DNA from: Squalus acanthias | Taxonomy: Eukaryota | Length of the DNA stretch: 64,000 nt | Assembly (NCBI GenBank): GCA_030390025.1 | Contig: CM059432.1 | Span: 23,314,001 to 23,378,000 of the forward strand | Direction: 5' to 3' | Shown here: one piece after another, positions 58,251 to 64,000 of the stretch | Numbering within the stretch: the stretch's first letter is position 1 | Layout: each line of letters opens with the position of its first letter | Notes under the pieces: generated by a model | What the model saw: the letters and a program-made list of their open reading frames with translations, nothing else | Database searches by the model: none | Told to the model about the DNA's origin: nothing | Translations under genes and position numbers: made by a program

Positions 58251-60865
58251 CTTCAAAAATAAAGAGATTATTGGAAAAATATTACATTAGAACATTACAG
58301 ATCACATTTACGCAAATCTCATTAGTTTATGCAATAAAGGCGGACATAGGATAAGTGAACCACTCTTATGTTACTGCTGATGTTATTCTTGAAAGAGCAA
58401 CCTAACATGATTCACTATATTTTCTCTCCTTTTACATAGCGGCCCTTCGCTGTGTCACTGCAATGAGTCAGGATCCCTTTGCATATATGCTAACAGTCTG
58501 CGTTTGACATACTCTCTACATGCCAGCATTTATCGACAAAAATAAGCTCCATTCTTAGCCTCTCGTCACAAGACTGCTCTGGAACTCCTGTTGCTGCACC
58601 AATTTTGCTCCAAACTCTCATGAGATCAGAAGTTTCCACTTCAGTGTGCAACGGCATTCAAAATCAGAGCAACAACTACAGGAGGTAGGAGTCCCACAGC
58701 GAGGTGTGGAGGGAATCCAAGAACAGTGCCTGGGAGGGAGAGAAGGGAAAGTATCACTGGTGAGGAAGAAGGAGAAAATAAAGTCTGAGGGTAGCACTGG
58801 TAGGGAGGGAAGAGAGAGGGGCGGCATGTTGGTGGGGAGGGGGAGAAAAGGAAGCCCAAGTGATGCTGATTGGGGGGAGGGGGAGAGAGAAGGGAAATGA
58901 GGAAAAGCCTGAGAGTGGCGCTTGTGAGGGAAGGAGAGGAGGAAGATTGAGAGTAGCACTGGTGAAAGAGAGCAAGAGGAAGAAGTTTGAAAGCAGCACT
59001 TGTGGATGGAAGGAATAAGAGGAACCCTGACTGCAGTGTTGAGAAGGTGTGTGCCAGTGTGAACTGGGTGGGGCTAGGAAAGTGCAAGCATAAACGGGAA
59101 GAAAGAGTGCTAGAATGAACTGAAGGTCGTCTTTATGAACTGGGGATGTTGGAGGAGGAAAGGCCCTTTGTGGACATGGGAAGAAGACATGTTGGGGATA
59201 GCCCTTGTAAATTGAACTCGAGGAGAAGTCAGGATCTGGGGCTGTTGCAAGGGGAGAGCGTTTAATAATAATCAGAATACATTGTTTTTCATGTAACACT
59301 TCAACATTTTCCAGGAAAAGCACCTCCCCAGGTCTGGGAAGAACTAAGTACAATGTTAAATTTGCTGCCTACAGTCCTGCGTATATCCACAACACTGGGG
59401 TTAAAACCTTCATTTGCTATTCAACAATTGATTTAAAAAAAAATAAACTTAACTAAAACTTTTTTCTGTCAGTAAAAGATTATCTGCTGAAGAAAAAAGT
59501 TTTAAGATATATGAAGAAATTTCCAAATGACAAAGAAATTAGTTTTCAACTGAGCAACTGTTCCTTCATTTTCAGATTTAAAAAAGCACAATTCCCATGT
59601 ATATTATAGAATCTAAAATGCTGGAAAATGCACCAAATTATGTGCAAAAATAATTTAACATTTTAAGAGAGGGGGAAATTTCCCCAATTTTGATTTCAAC
59701 ACTTGTATTCCTCTTCAGACTTCCAGATATTTCTCTTCTTGTCCCTCTAATATGTGAAGAAATGTTGGGCATACCTAGAGCTTAAGTTAGAAGCCCATGT
59801 TCCATTGCATCTCACCTCTTTCCACACATATATTTAGGCCAGTTTTGGATTTGTCAAACTTTTCTGGGCCTTGGTCATCTTTTTGAAGCTGTTGGCCAGC
59901 TCTGTTGGTTTTTCTAGGTTGGCATTTATGCTTTTCCAGCCCAAATCACATGGCACACTAATAAAATTTTGATTATCACGTAAATCGAGCGGGCATTGGG
60001 TGGGAAATCCAGGGGTTTCTTCACGGTGCTAAGCCAGAAGTATGTCATAAAAGTAGGGTGGGGGGGGGTGGCAATCCCAGGAGGTGACCGCAGAGGGAGG
60101 AATTTTTGTATGGTCAGGAGACGCATTCATTAGAAAAGTAGTAATTTCCCTTTTTTTGGAAAACCTGCAGTAGTCCCTTTAAGGACCGCTGGTTTGGCTG
60201 CTCAAGGCTGTTCAGAGGAAGGTGAAAATTGTTTAATGTAGAACCCTGATTTAAATATTTTAATGAGGATCCTGCCTGCTTTAAACGGGAGTGTTGGCCG
60301 TCTAAATCGAAGCCAGCTCGAAAATTGCATCAGGCAAGACTCGGGCGTGAAATCGGCACAAAGTGTTTTTTAAGATTGTCAATCTGCTATCTGCTACTCA
60401 CACTGAAAAGCGAGGCAGTAGGCAAATGAAAATGGCCCCCTACCCGTTTAATGCGTTCTGCAAACATTTTCATTTGGCTGTAAATTATCTATGTAAAGTG
60501 TTGTTATGACGTTGGTAGTGGTGAAAACATGTGAGGACACGTAAATCACGAGACAGGCATTTACTTTTCACAAGAACAATAAGAATTAACCTCGACTTTG
60601 CCCAACAAGTACTTCAAAATTATCAGTTCCACTGATCATTAAAAGACTATGGTGCAGTAACAGCACTGTAATGCACTGTTGGATGATTCCCAAATGCTGG
60701 AATGTTGGAAACATCATGCCAAGGAAGGGCAGGGATGTATACTGAAGGACGCAAGGTTAGATAGATATTGTGGAATTTTAACAAGTGGCAAGGTCTATAT
60801 CTAAAGTGCACTATTAACTCTCCCTAACCCCACCCCACCCCCGCTAAAAAAAAAGCTATATATAT

Positions 60866-61230
60866 GAACATAAGAACATAAGAAATAGGAGCAGGGGTAG
60901 ACCATTTGGCCCTTCGAGCCTGCTCCGCCATTCAATAAGATCATGGCTGATCTTCTACCTCATCTCCACTTTCCTGAACTATCCCCATATCCCTTGATTC
61001 CCTTAATATTCAAAAATCTATCGATCTCTGTCTTGAATATACTCAACGACTGAGCCTCCACAGCCCTCTGGGGTAGAGAATTCCAAAGATTCACCACCCT
61101 CTGAGTGAAGAAATTTCTCCTCATCTCAGTCCTAAATGGCCGACCCCTTATTCTGAGACTGTGACCCCTGGTTCTAGACTCCCCAGCCAGGGGAAACATC
61201 CTCCCTGCATCTACCCTGTCAAGCCCTGTA
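60866..61230 (-). mobile_element. CR1 3' fragment
   Basis: ORF 60960..61199 ([20 protein letters not shown]); (TTCTTATG)n tail. Confidence 0.9.
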
Positions 61231-62488
61231 AGCTATAGCTTTACTGAACATTATTACATACCCTTGAAAATCCAAGTATGATATCTAACAGCTTTTTCTA
61301 TTCCAAATGTCTGTTAATTCAACAATATGCTTAATTAAAGCCAACTGTAGTTTGCTGCCACATTTCAGTGTTACATGTGTTCTTAGGTTGCAGCAGGAAA
61401 TGACCTTATGCTGTCAATTAGCAGCTAATACACATGGGAACGTTTTGCTGTAATCTTTACCATTCACCCTGACAACGATTCATAAACTTCTATTGATAGA
61501 AGCAGAAATTGAATTTGTCGCTCGCTCTATTCAAACTACTGTAAAGGTCAGCCTGTTTAATGGGGCAACCTTCATTATTACCTTAATGGCAAGATTACAG
61601 TATAATGAAGAAAAGAAAGGAGACGTTTTAACATTTGAATAATCGGAAGGTGACTCATTACATTGACATAACTGTCTCTCGTATTGGTTATTGGCTTCTC
61701 TCTGATATTTTTTTTTAATTGAAAAAGAAATAAACTTGTCACTCTACTTGTCATCCACTTTTTTCTCCTTCTGGTTTTCCAAAGCCATATTCCAGGGGAG
61801 GGGGGAAGAGCAGATTATGAGTATTGAGGTGATGTAGTAATTTGAAGCACCAATGCACAGCACCATTTAATGGCTGGATTCAGGTATGATTCCCACTTTG
61901 CCCCATCCTACTGAGTTCCTGATCTCAGCTATGCTGCTGTGAAGAGGTGTGATTTGCAGGTCAATCATCTCCGCATGGGAGCGGGAGTGGATAAATTCAG
62001 AGGGAGAGTCATCACAGGCTCTTGTTTCATACCTCCTCGAGGCCAGTAAAGAACAACATGAGAAGAAGTTTGGGAGCAGGAACTAAATGGCCTGATGAAA
62101 CCTATAGGAAGAATAAAAAGATCTAAGTCTAAGTTAGCCACTTGAAGGCATAGAAGAATGGCTCTGGAACAATATCAATTTTTCTCCAGTTCTGTGAAGA
62201 AATGTCTGATCTTACCTCACATCATTGCCGTTGAGTTTGTGAACTCAGTGAAATGACAGAACAATGAATGTCCTTTTGGGTATATGAGCGTGTTAATCAT
62301 TCTTACGTAGACTTTGTCAATTGGAACTTTGGCATTCAAGGGGAAGCTACATTAACTCATGAGGGAGAAAGGAATAGGATATGTTGATGGGGTTAGATGT
62401 AGAGGGGTGGGAGGAGGCTCATGTGGAGCATAAACACCGGCATGGACCTGTTGGGCCAAATGGCCTGTTTCTGTGCTGTAAATACTTT

Positions 62489-64000
62489 GGCCGGAATTTT
62501 CCGGCGGCTATGCGTGCGAGTTTGGAGGCGGGTCGGCAGTAAAATTTGCAGAAGCTGGGAGCGGGTTTGGAACACGCGGTGATCCCGCATCCTCGCGCCT
62601 TTAAATCGGGCGCGTTTGCCAGCGCACCACAGACCCGAATGGCAGAGGCGGGCGACCTAATTAATCTTATTAACTCCTTGTTGTGAGACCCCTAACAGGG
62701 ATTTTAAGTAGACCTTTTGAATTTCACTGGATGACCACGGGAATCACGCAGCTCGGGAACCACGTCTGTGTAGCTGAGGTGGCCATTGATCGAGGTCATT
62801 AATGCAGAGCATGGAAATCCCAATAAATACTCCCACATGACACCTGATTACTTGCCTACGGGAAAGGCTCTTGCTGACTCCATTTTGTGCAGAGATTTAG
62901 ATGTTTACAGTTTGCAAGTCTTTTCTGCAACCTCAGAAGCCACTCTCACCACATTGCTAGTAACTATCACAACACTGACAGATTGCTCCTCTGATCTCCA
63001 ATTGACCTTCCATCTATTACATCAGCATGGGTGCCCCTTATACTGTCTCCTCTTGGTCATCAGAATCGGACCATGACGAGCCCCAACACCAGCAGGCACA
63101 CAAGCAACAACAACCTTCTCCTCAATGACCTGATGTTGCACAGGACAGAGGTCGTCAGCGCAGGGCTGCACCGCGCCGGAGGCGACACCCCCAACACAGG
63201 GTATACAGGCAGAGGATGAGCTTCCTCAACATGAGTGAGCAGCAGTGCCAAAGGAGGCTCAGGCTATCACGCCAGGTTGTTGCAGACATTTGCAGCTTGC
63301 TGGGGCAAACCCTGCAGCCCAGAGGAGCGGGTGGACACTCCTTGCCAGTGGCTGTCAAAGTCACCAGCCCCTTCAACTTCTTCACCTCAGGCTCCTTCCA
63401 GGGATCTGCAGCAGACATTTGCAGCATCTCGCAGTCGGCCGCCCACAGATGCATCACACAGGTCACCGATGCCATGTTTGGCAAGTCAGCCAATTATGTT
63501 AACTTTTCCACTGGTGCAGCTAGTGTTACTGAGCAGGCGCTCGCCTTTGCCACACTGGCTGGCATCCCACGGGTGCAGGGCCATCATCGACTGCACACAT
63601 GTGGGCATCAGGGCACCCTCACATCACCCAGGAGTGTTTGTGAACCGCAAGGACTTCCACTCACTCAATGTGCAGCTCGTCTGCAACCACAGGGAGATCA
63701 TCATGCATGTGTGCGCCGAATTCCCTGGCCGCTGTCGTGACTCTTTCGTCCTGCGCAAGTCCACCTTCCCTCAGCTCTTCGCACTGCCAAACACACTTAC
63801 TGGCTGGCTGCTTGGAGTCAAGGGCTATCCACTGAAGACGTGGCTCATGACACCCTTGAGGAGGCCAAGCAATGAGGCTCAGGAGCACTATAATGAAAGT
63901 CACATGTCCACCAGATGTGTCATAGAGTAAACAATAGGCAGGCTGAAGATGCACTTCAGATGCGTTGACAGATCTGGAGGAGCCCTTCAGTACGCACCAG
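62489..64000 (+). mobile_element. PIF/Harbinger DNA transposon, left part (runs off the window)
   Basis: TIR GGCCGGAATTTTCC; GC-rich subterminal region; transposase remnant downstream. Confidence 0.88.
63027..64000 (+). pseudogene. HARBI1-like DDE transposase pseudogene
   Basis: Motifs [54 protein letters not shown]. Lesions: in-frame TGA 63126-63128, frameshift ~63580, LGD>LGV at a catalytic Asp, TAA 63928-63930. Confidence 0.9.

Noticed and set aside
58618..59353. 113-199-aa minus-strand ORFs
   Set aside because: Arise from a purine-rich, probably decayed repeat tract; no recognisable domain.
62216..62346. Candidate upstream exon ending in GAG|gtaag on the minus strand
   Set aside because: Stops in all three frames from the nearest AG and no Gly-X-Y; the expected preceding 54-bp exon was not found and probably lies beyond the window.
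63027..64000. Domesticated host gene HARBI1
   Set aside because: Has a TIR, nonsense and frameshift lesions and lies inside an intron; it is a transposon copy.

Overview
Vertebrate genomic DNA, almost certainly from a cartilaginous fish (inferred from HE1/V-SINE-, Deu-SINE- and CR1/HER1-type repeats). The window is the interior of one minus-strand gene that the ORF track misses entirely. I read 20 short phase-0 GT-AG exons (58250 down to 48; sizes 36,24,54,54,45,57,54x8,45,54,54,54,72,36 bp; 1017 bp, 339 aa) encoding Gly-X-Y repeats with a central CxxxC-PP hinge. This size series is the type IX (FACIT) collagen pattern (end of COL3, NC3, most of COL2; exons 6-25 in COL9A2/A3 numbering). The chain does not clearly match alpha1, alpha2 or alpha3 and has its own 45-bp NC3 exon with a D-G-S-G-D glycosaminoglycan-type site. 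Introns are packed with transposons: CR1- and L2-type LINE fragments, SINEs, a dead PIF/Harbinger transposase with many Harbinger-type MITEs, a hAT MITE, a 1.2-kb retroviral-type LTR with polypurine tract, and six TSD-flanked Penelope-like fragments, five with complete minimal hammerhead ribozyme cores. Most ORFs in the track are spurious or TE-derived. Repeat family names come from recognition, not database searches, and repeat boundaries are approximate unless a TSD or TIR is cited.
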